NCBI RefSeq assembly: GCF_004010195.1
Contig: NC_057717.1
Span: 106,531,962-106,593,348 of the forward strand
DNA: 61,387 nt
From: Chiloscyllium plagiosum
Taxonomy: Eukaryota
Reading direction: 5' to 3'
This document shows positions 1 through 12,829 of this stretch, in pieces. Below the pieces are notes generated by a model. The model had not been told where the DNA came from. It searched no databases and saw nothing but the letters and a program-made list of their open reading frames with translations. Numbering within the stretch: the first letter of the stretch is position 1; every line of letters starts with the position of its first letter. The translations under genes and the position numbers were made by a program.

Positions 1-265
1 GACCCTCCGACAGTGCGGCGCTCCCTCAGTAATGACCTTCCAACAGTGCGGCACTCACTCAGTATTGACCCTCCAACAGTGCGTCACTCCCTCAGCACTG
101 ACCCTCTGACAGTGCAGCACTCCCTCAGCATTGACCCTCCGACAGTGCTGCACTCCCTCAGCACTGACCCTCTGACAGTGCGGCACTCCCTCAGCACAGA
201 CCCTCTGACAGTGCGGCACTCCCTCAGCACAGACCCTCTGACAGTGCGGCACTCCCTCAGTACTG
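1..265. repeat. 33-bp minisatellite (gaccctctgacagtgcggcactccctcagcact)n, ~8 copies, truncated by window start
   Basis: Direct tandem units; ORF 13..354 reads an 11-aa repeat (TDPLTVRHSLS). Confidence 0.95.
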
Positions 266-312
266 CCCAAGAGTGTCGGCTTGGATATTCTGCTCAGCAT
301 CCGGAGTGGATC
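240..312 (-). mobile_element. DeuSINE (SacSINE1/AmnSINE-like) fragment continuous with the minisatellite
   Basis: Reverse complement ...aatatccaagccgacactcttgggcagtactgagggagtgccgcactgtcagagg resembles the recalled DeuSINE segment (ctgacactccagtgcagtactgagggagtgctgcactgtcggagg). Confidence 0.6.
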
Positions 313-1043
313 TCTTATCAGGCTGGACAGGTTGCTGGGTTGCTGGGTTGCTGATGTGACAGTAGTGAATTGTGTGTTGAATTTGGTGAATTTTTGTTGA
401 ATTTTCTTCTGGTGAAACCCAAATAAAAAAGTTGTTGCAAGTTTGTGTGTGATCCTGATGTAGGTCAAGAGTCAGTTTTGTAAAGTGAAGCTCAGTGTTT
501 TAAATGAGCTTGTTGTGAACTCTAGAAATATGAGAAACAGGATGATGTTTTGGCAAAAGAAGATGGCTGCGCATTTTAGACTTACATGTATGTAAATGAA
601 TGGACAGCTGAGCTGGGCAGTGTGGCAGTAAACGTGAATATTTTAATCCGAACCGGATATTTAAGGGTGTTAGTCTTTGGAAGATAGGAAAGTACAAGAA
701 CAAAGAAGATTAGCCTATTTTCTAAGGGCTGGATTTATCTTTAAGATGTTTATTTTACCTTGGGGAATAGATTGTGAGAAATGACTGTGCACCACGGGCA
801 TGTTGAAACAAACAATTCCTTGGGAACTGTTTCTGCAAAAGTAGTTATGTTTCATCATTTCCAAGATCCTCCAGAAAAGGAAGGTCCAATGTCACTCTCT
901 GATTATGCAACAGTTTGTTTTTGGCAGTTAAGTGTTATTGGCAAAGCAGTGACTGATAATAATTCATTCCATAAAAACAATTATATTATTTGGAGTTGGA
1001 GGAAAACACGAAAACAGCCGTGTTTGATTTTAATATGTATTCA

Positions 1044-1589
1044 TTAATATGGAGTATTATGTTCAGTTTTGGTCACCTTGCTATAGGAAGGATGTCATTA
1101 AACTGGAACGAGTGCAGAAGAAATTTACAAGGGCGTTGCCAGGACTTAACAATCTGAGTAATATGGCGAGACTGGACAAGCGAAGACATTTTTGTTTAGA
1201 GCGTAGAAGACTGAGGGGGGATCATATAGAAGTGTATAAGATTATGAGAGGCATGGATTGGGTGATTGCATTCAGTCCTTTTCCCAGGGTTGGGGAATTG
1301 AGGACTAGAGGGCATCAGTTTAAGGTTAGGGGGGGAGAAAATAAAAGGGAACCTGAGGGGCAACTGTTTTACACAGAGGGTGGTATGCATATGGAATGAG
1401 CTGCCAGTGGAAATGGTTGAGGCAGGTACACTTAAAAGGCATTTGGACAAATACATGGATGAGAAAGGTTTAGAAGGATATGGGCCAAGTTCAGGGAAAT
1501 GGGGTTAGCGTGGATGGACATTTTGGTTGGCATTGAGCAGTTCGGGCCAAAGGGCCAGTCTCCATGCTGGGGGACTCTATGACTCTATG
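1044..1589 (+). mobile_element. CR1 LINE 3' end (5'-truncated)
   Basis: ORF 1049..1399 EYYVQFWSP...LERVQKKFTR...RRLRGD...RTRGH is the CR1 ORF2 C-terminus; (gactctat)n tail; tatgtattca repeated at 1034-1043 and 1586-1595 (TSD-like). Confidence 0.92.
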
Positions 1590-1629
1590 TATTCAATTCA
1601 GACTGAAACTTAAGCCTGCAATTAACTTT

Positions 1630-1960
1630 CTTTTCTCATGGGATGTGGGCATCACTGGACAAGCGGGTGTTTGTTCTTTGAGCTGATTGGCTCTCAGATA
1701 TTTCAGAGGGCAGTTGATTGATAACCACATTGTTGTGGGTTTGAAGTCACGTGTAGGCCACAGCAGATTAGGATGGTGGATTTTCTTCCCTAAAGGACAT
1801 TAATGAACCACATAGTTGTGTTTTAATTCCAATTTGATTGAATTCAAATGTTACCAGCTGCCACAATGGGATTTGAAACTATTTCTCCAGTGATTTCGCC
1901 TGGGGTACGGAATTCCCAATTCAGTAACATCAAACACCACTCAGTACACCTAGGACTTTC
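1630..1960 (-). mobile_element. tRNA-type SINE, family 2 (3' tail shared with CR1-superclade LINE family B)
   Basis: aaccacattgttgtgggtttgaagtcacgtgtaggcc...tccctaaaggacatta; homologous segments recur at ~51480-51800, ~56945-57090 and ~60630-60780. Confidence 0.6.
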
Positions 1961-2529
1961 ACCATGATCTCTGTCTTGAGACTGACAACTAATTGAGTTC
2001 TCAGTCATTAACTCAAAGAAATTGTACAACAAATTTCAACTTTAAGACTTTTACTGTAACAAATAAACTAAAATTAACCCCAATTAAACATTGAGTAGTG
2101 ACCTAATACTCTAAATTACAAAACAAGACATCCCTTATTAGCATGTCAGCACACTGGAAAACCCTACACACATTTATCCTTTATATCATTCTCTATAGAA
2201 TTACATTCTTAACGCAAGGCAATTAAAATTATTCCCAATTTTATTCTTCCTAGGTCTTTTCAGAAATCCCAAGCAGTGCATAATTTCAGTGATTCCTTCC
2301 TCTGCTGCATCAGAACAAATTTTCCAATGTCCTCAAATTTCCATGGATTCTGTCTCTTCAACCATACTCTCACTTGCATTCTGAGCAGAGGTGAAGACGG
2401 AAGCAAAAGTCTTTTACACACCACGAACCATGGTAATTGCTGTCACACTCTCTCTTTCCAAGTGTGACCTTCGCAGAGCCATTAAGTGAGCCAACGACCA
2501 ATACTGATCCAAACTAGAGACCTAGACAG

Positions 2530-4408
2530 GCACCTGGTGACTACGGCAAGGACTGAATGACTTCACAGGTTCTAAAAAGAGACAGTGCTAGATAGTAGAC
2601 GATGTCACATCCCTCCCAGATTGTCTCATGGCCTTCTATGCTCGCTTTGAGTAGAATTTTGGCGGAGAGGTAACACCTATTCCGACATGTTTTGACAAAC
2701 CTATCCCAACAATCACTGCATCAGAGGTCAGATCAGTTTTCCTTCATGTGAATCCAAGAAAAGCGATGGGACTAGACAGAGTACCAGGCCATGCACTCGG
2801 AGCATGCACAGATCAACTGGCAGAGGTCTTCTCGGACATCTTCAACCTCTCCCTGCAGCAGGCCACTGTCCCTGCCTGTTTCAAGAGGCCAACATCATCC
2901 CTGTGCCTCAGAAGGCTCATGCAGCATGTCTCAATGACTACCGCCCAGTGGCCCTAACTTCGGTGGTTATGAAGTGCTTTGAAAGGCTAGTCATGGCATT
3001 AATCAACTCCAGCCTCCCCACTACACTTGACCCACTCCAATTTGCCTATCGGATCAACAGATCCATGTCAGATGCCATATCATTTGCCCTTCACGCTTCC
3101 CTAGAACATCTTGACACCAAGGACAGCTAAGTAACAATCTTACTCTTTGACTACAGTGCAGCCTTCAACACTATTATCCCCTTGAGACTGATTATTAAAC
3201 TTAGTGATCTCGGACTGAGCCCCACTCTCTACAACTGGATCATCAGTTTCCTGACCCACAGGCCACAATCAGTGAGGCTTGGGACAATATTTCATCTTCA
3301 CTAACACTCAACACTGGAGCCTCCCAGGGGTGCGTACTCAGCCCCCTACTGTATTCACTGTGTACCCATGACTGTGTCGCCAAATACCAGACTAATGCCA
3401 TTTAGAAGGAAAATCACGTTTCGGGCAAAAGCATCCTGATGAAGGGCTTTTGCCTGAAACGTCGATTTTCCTGCTCCTCGGATGCTGCCTGACCTGCTGT
3501 GCTTTTACAGCACCACTCTAATCTTGACTCTCATCTGCAGCATCTGCAGTCCTGACTTTCACCTAATGCCACTTACAAGTTGACTAATGACACCACCATA
3601 GTCTGTCGAATCTCAGATGACGATGAAACAGATTACAGACAGGAGGTGGAAGACCTGGAAAAATGGTGCACTGAGAACAACCTAGCTCTCAAAGCTGGCA
3701 AAACCAAGCAACTCATTATTGACTTTCAATAGGATGTTACTCATTCCCCCCTACACATTAACAGCACAGAGGTGGAACGAGTGGAGACTGTCAAGCTACT
3801 GGGTGTGGTCATCTACAACAAGCTTTCTTGTTGGATGTGGACGATTTGGTTACAAAGGCCCAACAACAGCTCTTCTTCCTCAGGCAGCTGAGGAAATTGG
3901 ACATAATGGTGAATACCCTTGCCAACATTTATAGGTGCGCCATCGAGAGCATTCTGTCTGGATGTATCACTACCTGGTATGGCCACTGTACCATTCAAGA
4001 TCAGAGACGGTTACAGAGTGTGGTGAACTCGGCCCAGATAATCACAAAAGCCAACCTCTAATTTACAGAATCCATCTACCAGGCCTGCTGTCAAGGAAAG
4101 GCCACCAGCATTCTCAAAGATCCATCCCATCCTGGCAATGCTTTTCTACAACCTCTACCATCGGGGAGAAGGTACAGAAGCCTGAACCCATGCACCAGCC
4201 GGTTTTGTAACAGTTTCTACCCTACTGTTGTTAGAATACTGAATGGACCCACAAACTCTTAACATTCACCTGTACCTGTGTTTTGTTTCTGCCGCTGTTT
4301 ACCTATTATTTACTCATCCAGGCTACTTAACTCTGTGATCTGTCTGTATTGCTTGCAAGACAAAGCTTTTCACTGTGCCTTTGTACACGTGACAGTAAAT
4401 TCAATTCT
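2530..4408 (+). mobile_element. Rex1/Babar LINE, RT region to 3' end, frameshifted
   Basis: [10 protein letters not shown]...[20 protein letters not shown]...[21 protein letters not shown]...[27 protein letters not shown]; ends in an aattc tail. Confidence 0.9.
3405..3562. mobile_element. Penelope-like terminal-repeat insertion (family A) inside Rex1, with hammerhead core
   Basis: TSD ctaatgcca(t/c)tta at 3392-3404 and 3563-3575; CTGATGA-a-GGGCttttGCCT-GAAAC-GTC at 3436-3463. Confidence 0.85.
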
Positions 4409-5069
4409 TTATCTATATATTGTATATATGTGCCTCTCCCTCTCTCTGGGACTTTCTCTGTGACCCTTTTTCTCTCTCTTTGGGATTCTCTCTGGTGCAA
4501 TCTCTCTCTCTAGGGTTTTTTTAATCAGAGTGCTTGGAGTTCATAGGACAGCACATAGATGAAAATTACAGCCTCTTTTTGTGTTCGGGTGTGAAAGATC
4601 TTACTTTCAGTAATCTTTGACCTGGATCCCTATCCCTCTGGTAATCATCAACTGACCTTTTGCCAGACAGACTCCAATAGAGTTTCACACGATCCTCCCT
4701 TTTGAAAGTGTTCTGTTTGATGTTAAATTAAAAGAGATAACTTACACATGGCCTTCTTTTAAAACCTCATATGTAATGTTTGTAACACAAATCTGAAAGT
4801 CGGCCTCGGAACACATTAGCAATTTTCCGGTATCTATTGCAGCACAAGCGACAGCAATCCTCAGGAAATCTCCAGGGCCCGCTGCAGAAGGAAAAGTGAG
4901 GAGCTGAGGGCCACATAGCACTGAGGTACAATAAGAAATGATTACATGGAACAGCAAAAAGCCACTGGCACATGTGCAGACCAGCCCAGTGATGTCAGCA
5001 ACCACCACAAACATCCAAGAGGTGACTGTGCGAGTGCTGCTGACTACGTTGCACCTTCTGTGGTACAGG

Positions 5070-5370
5070 AGGGTTCACTGATTCAAATGTCATTGAATGT
5101 CAATGTGGTTGGATTCTCTCTTGTCAGACATGGTCATTATCTTGCTCTTGTATGATGTAAATGTTATCAGTCCAAACCTGGATCAATATTGACCAGGTCA
5201 CATTTGAACATGGATTGCTTCAGTATGTGAGGAATCAGGAATGGTGCTAAACATTGTACAATCATTGGCCAACACCCCCACCTTATGATGAAAGGAAGGT
5301 CATAGATAAAGCAGCTGAAGTTGGTTGGACCAAGGACACTACCCTGAGGAACACGTGCATCTCCTGCAAA
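5070..5370 (-). mobile_element. CR1-superclade LINE family B, RT fragment
   Basis: VPQGSVLGPTNFSCFIYDLP in ORF 5167..5685(-). Confidence 0.8.
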
Positions 5371-5896
5371 CCAGGGGATGTTTTTGGAAAAGGAAATGAG
5401 AAGAATCTTCTGATCAGCAAGAATCAACTCAACAAATCTTGTGAAAAAAGACAACTGAATAACTTTCTCAGTTTTCCCTGTGTCCATGTTTCTTTCCTTA
5501 CTCTGTTTATTTTTGTGTGTTCGGGGGAGTTTATAAGGCAATATATGCAAATGGTTGATAAACTGTTCACCTGTACCTACAGTATAATAACTTGCAAGAA
5601 ATAGTAACTCCTGTGAACAATAGAAACCTCTTCCATGCTTTTCATTAGTCTCGGTCTGACAGTCAAGTATCTTGGGGAATGTCATGGAATAAGTGGAGCG
5701 TTATTGCTGTTGCACTAGTTCATGGAGTTGTGACAATATTGTCTAAAAACTAGGTAAATCAGAATACAATATACTGTATACTGAAACATTAGGCACCGAA
5801 AGATAGAACTGGAACCTGATGTTCATACGGACTTTATTAGGTTTTTATTCGCAGTGTTAAATATCACAAATACCCAGCCACGTGATAGAGTGAGGG

Positions 5897-6005
5897 TGGG
5901 GTCTTGTGGTGAAATGGTAATTTCCATATCTCTGGAAGGTCCATGTTCAAAGTCCCATTTGACCTAGAGATGTGCAATAATATGTCAAACAGATTAATTA
6001 AAAAT
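5897..6005 (+). mobile_element. Short degenerate tRNA-derived SINE
   Basis: A-box-like tggtgaaatggta and B-box-like gttcaaagtccc followed by a short A-rich end. Confidence 0.45.
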
Positions 6006-6409
6006 CATTTTCTTTCATCTCCAAAACCAAGAGTGGTACTATCACTCTGAGAACAAGTGACTGTGGAGTAAATATCCACCTTCTGAACATCACTAATCAT
6101 TCACTCAATATACACCCAACACAAATCCAATGTCTCTTTAAACAAACAGCTTGCACTGTAGCTCTTTAAAGATTAAAACTTCAATTATTTATTTCTTAAC
6201 ATTCTCCATTTGAGTGGAGTAACTTTTAAAGAGTTTAAAAGGAAGCAACAAATAGCGAACTCAGTGGGAGAGGGGGAAAGAGATTCTAAGAAGAGAGCTG
6301 ACCTCTGTACACAAGGGGATAGGCACCATGTTGCTGTGTACATTCGGCTAAAGGCAGCAGATAACTTGGTCTAATTTATGAATTACTTCATGGAACACAT
6401 GTATTTCTG

Positions 6410-7295
6410 ATTAGTCCAGCATTTATTGCCTATTCCTAACTTTCCTTGGAAAGATAATGCTCAGTCACTTTCATGAAGTGACAGTGAAGAAATACAATAC
6501 ATTCCCAGGTCAGGATGGTGCAGAGTATGGAGTGGTAGTGTTCCTTTGTACTTGTTGCTTTTAGTTCCCAATAGAAGTCATTGGTTTAAGATGTTCTGTC
6601 GAAGGAGTCATGGTGAGATGTTGCAGTGCTTCCTGTGGAATATGCACACTACAGCCACAATATCTTGGTGGGAGAAGGATTGGGTGTTTTAGGTGCAGAT
6701 GTGATACCAGTCAGGTGACTGCTTTGATCTGGATGGTGTGAAGCTTCTTGAGTGTTGTTGAAGCTGCACCCATCCAGGGAAGTGGGGAATATTCCATCAC
6801 ACTCCTGAGTTGTGCCTTGTAGATCATGGACAGGCTTAGGGAAGTTGGGAAGTGAGTTACATGCCTGCACTATTCCGACCCTCTGACCTGCTCTTGTAAC
6901 CACTGTATTTATACAGTTAGTCCTGTTAATCCCCGGGACATTGATATGGGGTATTCAGTGATTGTAATGCCACTGAATGTCAATGTAGTTGGTTCTCTTG
7001 TTGAACCTGTTCATGATTTTGCTGTTGTATGATATAAATATTACTTACCAGTTACCTGTCCAAGTCTGGATAGTTTCCAGAATTTTACTGCATTACGACA
7101 TGGATGGGTTCAGGATCTGAGTCATTGGGAATAGTGCTGACCATTGTGTAATCATTGGCAAACACCCCCAATTCTGACCTCACGATGGAGAGAAGGTCAA
7201 TGATGAAGCAGCTGAAGATAGTTGGGACTCAGACACTAACCTGAGGAACTCCCCTGAAAGATGTCCTGGAGCTGAGATGATTGATCTTCAGCTAC
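6410..7295 (-). mobile_element. CR1-superclade LINE family B, RT C-terminus and 3' end
   Basis: Reverse-complement homology to the + strand copy at 26525-27408; 3' motif ccagcatttattgcc at ~6416. Confidence 0.75.
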
Positions 7296-7589
7296 CAAAA
7301 TGATAACAACCTGCAGTTAGTTTGATTGCTGCTTGGGAGCTCCCTGTGAAGTGTCTAAGGGAAGACATCAGTTAAGGGAAGACATCTCCCCCCAGGGTAG
7401 GGACCCAATGGTTGGAGCTGTTCCTGAGGCCAGAAGCCTCCCCGAAAGAAATGATGATTTCCATGAAGACTTTGTATGTGAAACAGATGGATTGTCAGCT
7501 CAAACAGAAATTCATATGTCTGACAATGGAGATGTGACTACAAGGAAACCAAAGCAGGGACCTCAATATCTACCACAGAGTCTGTCACA

Positions 7590-7752
7590 GGAGCTGATGG
7601 TAACTTCAACCAGTAGATCACCAATACCTCAGACAAGGGGTGAGGTTGAGAAGGAGGATCCTTGATGATAACCTCAGCTTGGTCTGGAATTGAACCCAGT
7701 GGTTTCACTATGCATTAGGAGCCAATTATTCAGCCAACTGAGCTAACCAACT
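7590..7752 (-). mobile_element. tRNA-derived SINE head (family 3)
   Basis: Reverse complement tggttagctcagttggctg...gggttcaattcc has Pol III A/B boxes. Confidence 0.55.
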
Positions 7753-8411
7753 CCCGTCATATAAGAATTTTGCTGTGGAACACTAAGAATCTGTCCTCAT
7801 TTGACACTCGGTGGACCATGGTGAGCAGTGGAATACCCAACAAATTGCTCGCTCTCAAAATCACGAGCACCGATAGCTCACAGCAATCCTGCTTGTGATG
7901 GCATCCAGAGGAAGGCCAGGACGCTAGGAAGAGATAGTGGGGTGGCTCAGTTCATTTAGCAGATTAATACTGTCACAACAATTACCTTTGCTTCAAATTC
8001 AAGATGTGGGATGAGTTCGTGTGGAACTAAGAAAACCACCCAAAGCCGATTCTCCCGTTAGTCAGTTCAGAGGCAGCTTTGTTTAAATGAGGGAGGGGGA
8101 GTGATCTCTCAAAGCTCAATGGCCAATCAGAGCCCTTCCAGTCTGAGAGGAGCAGCAGCCTAAATGAAAGGTAAGTAGCAGAGAGGATGCTTTAACATGG
8201 AGACATCATCTCCTCCAAAACTTTATAAAACTTAAAAAAAATGACTGCAGTCAGCCCACTTTTGGGACAGATGGGGAGAGACAGAACATAATCAAAGGCT
8301 GCTGCTATACTCAAGCAGACAGGGCTCCCCAGGACTTGAGACTTGCCAAGCCTTACACACTCACCTCCCCCCCACCCCCCAACACCCACATGGCTGTTGT
8401 ATGGCGATATT

Positions 8412-9237
8412 CATAACATAAGAACCTAAGAACCAGGAGCAGGAGTAGGTCATCTGGCCCCTCGAGCCCGCTCTGCCATTCTATAAGATCACGGATGATC
8501 TTTTTGTGAACTCAGATCCATTTACCTGCGCGCTCCCTGTATCCCTTAATCCCTTCACTGTTCAAAAAGATATCTATCTTAGCTTTAAAAACATCTACTG
8601 AAGAAGCATCAACTACTTAATTAGGCAGGGAATTCCACAGATTAACAACCCTCTGGGTGAAGATGTTCCTTCTCAATTCAGTCCTAGATTTGCTCCCTCC
8701 TAATTTTGAGGTTATGCCCTTTTGCCCTAATTACACCTGCCAGTGGAAATATCCTCTCTACTTCTATCTTATCTATTCCCTTCATAATTCTTCTAAATTC
8801 CAATGAATACAATCCCAGTCTGCTCAGTCTCTCCTCATAAACCAAACCCCTCAACTCCGGAATCAACCGAGTGAACCTCCTCTGTACCCCCTCTGGTGCC
8901 AGTCCATCCTTTCCTCAAGTAAGGAGACCAAAACCACACACAGTACTCCAGGTGTGGCCTCACCAGCACCCTCTACAGCTGCAGCATAACCTCCCTGCTT
9001 TTAAACTCAACTCCTTTAGCAATGAAGGACAAATTCCATTTGCCTTCCTAATTACCTGTTGTACCTGCAGACCAACCTTCTGTGATTCATGCACAAGGAC
9101 ACCCAGGTCTCTCTGCAGAGCAGCATGCTGCAACTTTTTACCATTCAAATAATAATCCTTTTTACTGTTACTCCTACCCCAACGAATGACTTCACATTTA
9201 TTAACATTGTATTCCATCTGCCAGATCTGTGCTCACT
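8412..9237 (-). mobile_element. CR1 LINE 3' portion
   Basis: MEYNVNKCEV...RDLGVLV; YEERLSRLGLYSLEFRR; (ttcttatg)-type tail at 8412-8432; near-identical to 46540-47050. Confidence 0.92.
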
Positions 9238-10410
9238 ACATTCGAGCCTAGCTTAGCCTAGCCCTGGTTATCTGCAAAATCCTGTCATCGGCTGCGTAGG
9301 TTCCTAATGCTGTGTTACGATTGGCTATGAGCAGGCATACCACTGATCTCATATCCATAAACATGGGAGCTAGACATCCCCTGCCCATCCAGACCCTTGC
9401 CTTGTACTGGCCCTGATGAAAATCCATTGGAAATTCATGTTGACTCTGAAATGAACAGGTTAACTCTCAAAGGGTATGGACTCCGTTTCTGTAATAATTG
9501 GCCTTTTCCCATTACAATAAAGTTCTAAGGAAGCAATGTTTATCAAGTGAGCATATGAACAGTCATTAAGGAGTGACTACATTTATCTTGTTTCACAGAT
9601 GCAGGTCAAGGTTTGTGTTGGCTTTTTGAGATCCTTATTTCCTGAAATACTGTCATTTCCTGGCATCTGAGATGTGCTTAATCTAATCAAGTCATCATCA
9701 TGTTAAAAATGACTAAAAGTGCCTTGGCTTGTTAAAGGTTGCTATAGTGCTGTGACACAATATTGATAGTTATCTATTATTAACTACAGTAGAAACATTA
9801 ATTAATATTGAACAACCCATTGTCAAGTCAAGCAGCCAACTGGTTTGGCTAGAAACCCTGTTTAATCCTGAAGTGTGAATATTTATAAACTTTATAGGAG
9901 GATGGAAACATAGCCATTGCCTGCATTGTCTGGGCTGTTTCTTTGGAAGGGTGATATCATTATCTTCACACTCTTAAAAATGTTTCCTTTCAAATATGCA
10001 TTCAAATCTCTATTATTGCTGAATCCCCTTTCAGACAGTATATTCTTACCTCAAAAGGAAAAGGGTCTCTTCAATTCACCGGAATTTCTTGCCAATTGCT
10101 TTGACTAGAAAAGTTTGGAATAAGTTGAGAAGTTATATTTTGTTGATCCAAAGGTTCCTTCAGTGCCGGCAAGCGTCATGACCTCACTGGTGGACTGATG
10201 CTACAGTGCCACCCAGCCCAGTGACTTTATCATTAGGTCAACAGCACAATATCTCTAGTATAGGGTCAACTGTTCCTCATACATCTGCCCCCAGGAGGCA
10301 CGCTGAATAAGTTACTGAAACAGGAAATATGCTGAGGAAGCTATCGAAATAGTTTGGAGAAGCTGAAGGAGCAAAGTAGCTTCCTTCTCACCTCCCAAAT
10401 TTCACCAACA

Positions 10411-10535
10411 CCATCCCCTCAGTCCATCCCCATCACCATCCCCTCAGTCTGTCCCCATCACCATCCCCTCAGTCCGTTCCCATCACCATCCCCTCAGTCC
10501 GTCCCCATCACCATCCCCTCAGTCCGTCCCCTCAG
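10411..10535. repeat. 25-bp tandem repeat (ccatcccctcagtccgtccccatca)n, ~5 copies
   Basis: Direct tandem units. Confidence 0.9.
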
Positions 10536-11380
10536 ATAGATAGTTTGTCAGTATCTCTCTCTTTCACTAATCAATGTTCCTGACTGGTGAGTTGCTTGTC
10601 AGTTCTTGTTGAGAACTGGCAGGTCACCAATTTCAGTTTCGGTTCTCGTTTACTGTGAGGATATGAGGTAAGCCTCATTTCTGGGAAGGAACTTGCATCA
10701 GTTCTACATTGTTTCAGTTCATTAAGAAGTGGTACCCTTCCACAATATGCTTATGCAGCATGGTGATATTTACTGAGTGAGAACTCAGGCTGTTTAATGT
10801 AGGCACAAACATCTAAGCCATGTCAGCAGCTTTCTGCAGGATACCTTCCTTCAGGGTCATACTCTCTAAGCAGCTCAGGCAGAGGACTACATGGCTATAT
10901 ACTTACATGGCTATATACTTACATGGCTGCATCGATTTGTTGAACAGTTTCAGTTGGAATCAGATAAGTGGCAACCCCAGTCCTGCCTGAGAGCTCAGCT
11001 CAGTGTGCTCCAGGTCACAGAATTACATCAGTTTTGCAATGCAGATACAAGCCCTTGGGCCTAACTGGTCCATGCTGGTGTCTTTACCAAGCCTTCTCTC
11101 ACCTGACCTCAACTCGCAGATTTGAATTACCTGCCAAACACTTTGACAGAATTCAAAGACCTGGCTGGGCCTTTGACCTAAAGTACTTAAGGAGTTCTCA
11201 GCCAGCTACATCAATGAGCAAAGTGTAAGATATTTCCTATGGGAAACATGCCGCAGTCACTTTGTATATGATACTAATGCATGTTTGGGTTTAAAACAAT
11301 GCATTTATATTGCAGAGAACAAAAAAAACTGTTCTAATTTTATTTCAGCTTACAAAAGATAGTCAGAGATGCAGCCCAAT

Positions 11381-11713
11381 CATAGAATCCCTACATAGAA
11401 GCAGACCATTCAGCCCATCGAGTCCAACCAACCATCCCACCCAGACCCACCTCACTACCCTATCCCTGTAACCCTGCATTTTCCATGGTTAATCCACCTA
11501 ACCTGCACATCCCTGAACACTATGGGCAATTTTCCGTGGCCAATCCACTTAACTTGCCCATCTCTGAACTGTGGGAGGAAACCAGAGCACCCGGAGGAAA
11601 CCCACACAGACATGGGGAGAATGTGCAAACTCCACCCAGACAGTCGCCCGAGGGTGGAATCGAACCCTGGTACTGTGAGGCAGCAGTGCTAACCACTGAG
11701 CCACTGTACGCCC
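11381..11713 (-). mobile_element. HE1-like V-SINE
   Basis: Reverse complement has tRNA head (gtggctcagtggttagcactgctgcctcacag), V-domain (gtggagtttgcacattctcccc...tttcctccgggtgctc) and CR1-type tail. Confidence 0.9.
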
Positions 11714-12379
11714 GCAAATATGATATATTTTTAAAATCTATCTTTAAGTGCAAGCTAAAGTCAAGACCAGGCACACTGAGTTGCAAAATAACCAAACGTG
11801 AGTCTTGAGCTGAAATGCTCACTTAACTCTCATTTCACACAAAATGTAACAACAGCAACTTCTTGTTAGTGTCTGTGTTCATCTATGACCTAAATAGCCC
11901 ACAGTGAATTCAGACACAAATTTGTCCATCCACACCAACAACATCTGATTTGCAAGCTAATGTCCATTTGAGAAAGCAGATACCTCATCCAATCAGGCTC
12001 CAGTGTAGTGAGAAGTTGCACAAAGAATGCAGCTTCATCTGTCAGGTCACAACTATCTCAGGGGCACTTCCTTCCTACATTGTGCAAGGATATTTCCTCA
12101 ATGTTAAGCTGTTGGAAACTCTGAAGGGTGAGCTGTTCCAGCATCAGCTTGTTTGTGACTGACATCATCTTACAGCACAAATGGCTGACTTTTCCTCAAG
12201 ATTCACCATTCCAGTATATTCTGTATGACTGGTAGAAACAGAAATGTCACATTTTGCATCATTTAACTTGATGTCGATATGGGTTGTTTTGGTGCTTACA
12301 ATATTCTACAGTCATGCAACCAAAACATATCTTTAACCTCAATCTCTGCCAATCTCAACAAAATACATCAATGTTTCAA

Positions 12380-12790
12380 TGGGCTGATGGGGTCAATGCA
12401 GAAAGGATAGTTCCCTGGGCTGGTGGGAGGGGACAGGAGGAGGGGGCTAATCAGGAAGATGGCACACAGGCTCAGAATACAAAGTAGGTCATTTATAACT
12501 GAGATGAGGAGGGGCTTCATCACTCTGAGACTGGTGAATCATTCCAAGTCTGTACCTCAAACAGCTACGGAAGCTCAGCCATTGAGCCTCTCAGAGTGTT
12601 ATCAGTCATGGGAATTCCTTTCCTCAGTGGGTGCACAATATTCCAACATTTTAAGCTATGGATAGGTCGATTCTTGATTATCAAGGGTATGAAAAATTAT
12701 CGGGGGTATACCAGAATGGAGAGTTGAGGTCAAAATTAAGATTAGTTGAGATTGTGTGGAACAGGAGGTGATGAAATAAGTACCCAGCCC
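12380..12790 (+). mobile_element. Old CR1 3' end, degenerate
   Basis: HRLRIQSRSFITEMRRGFITLRLVN resembles the CR1 C-terminus. Confidence 0.6.
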
Positions 12791-12829
12791 CTGACCTGCA
12801 CTCCTGACATGTGACACTAGGCACTTCAG

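Noticed and set aside
1..265. CRISPR-like ~33-bp repeats (also 16062, 24676 and 42120 arrays)
   Set aside because: Units are head-to-tail with no unique spacers and no cas genes; the context is eukaryotic.
1970..4690. Possible LTR-like element split by the Rex1 copy (similar AT-rich stretches at 354-1040 and 35545-36012)
   Set aside because: Only a compositional impression; no TSD, paired LTR or primer-binding site identified.
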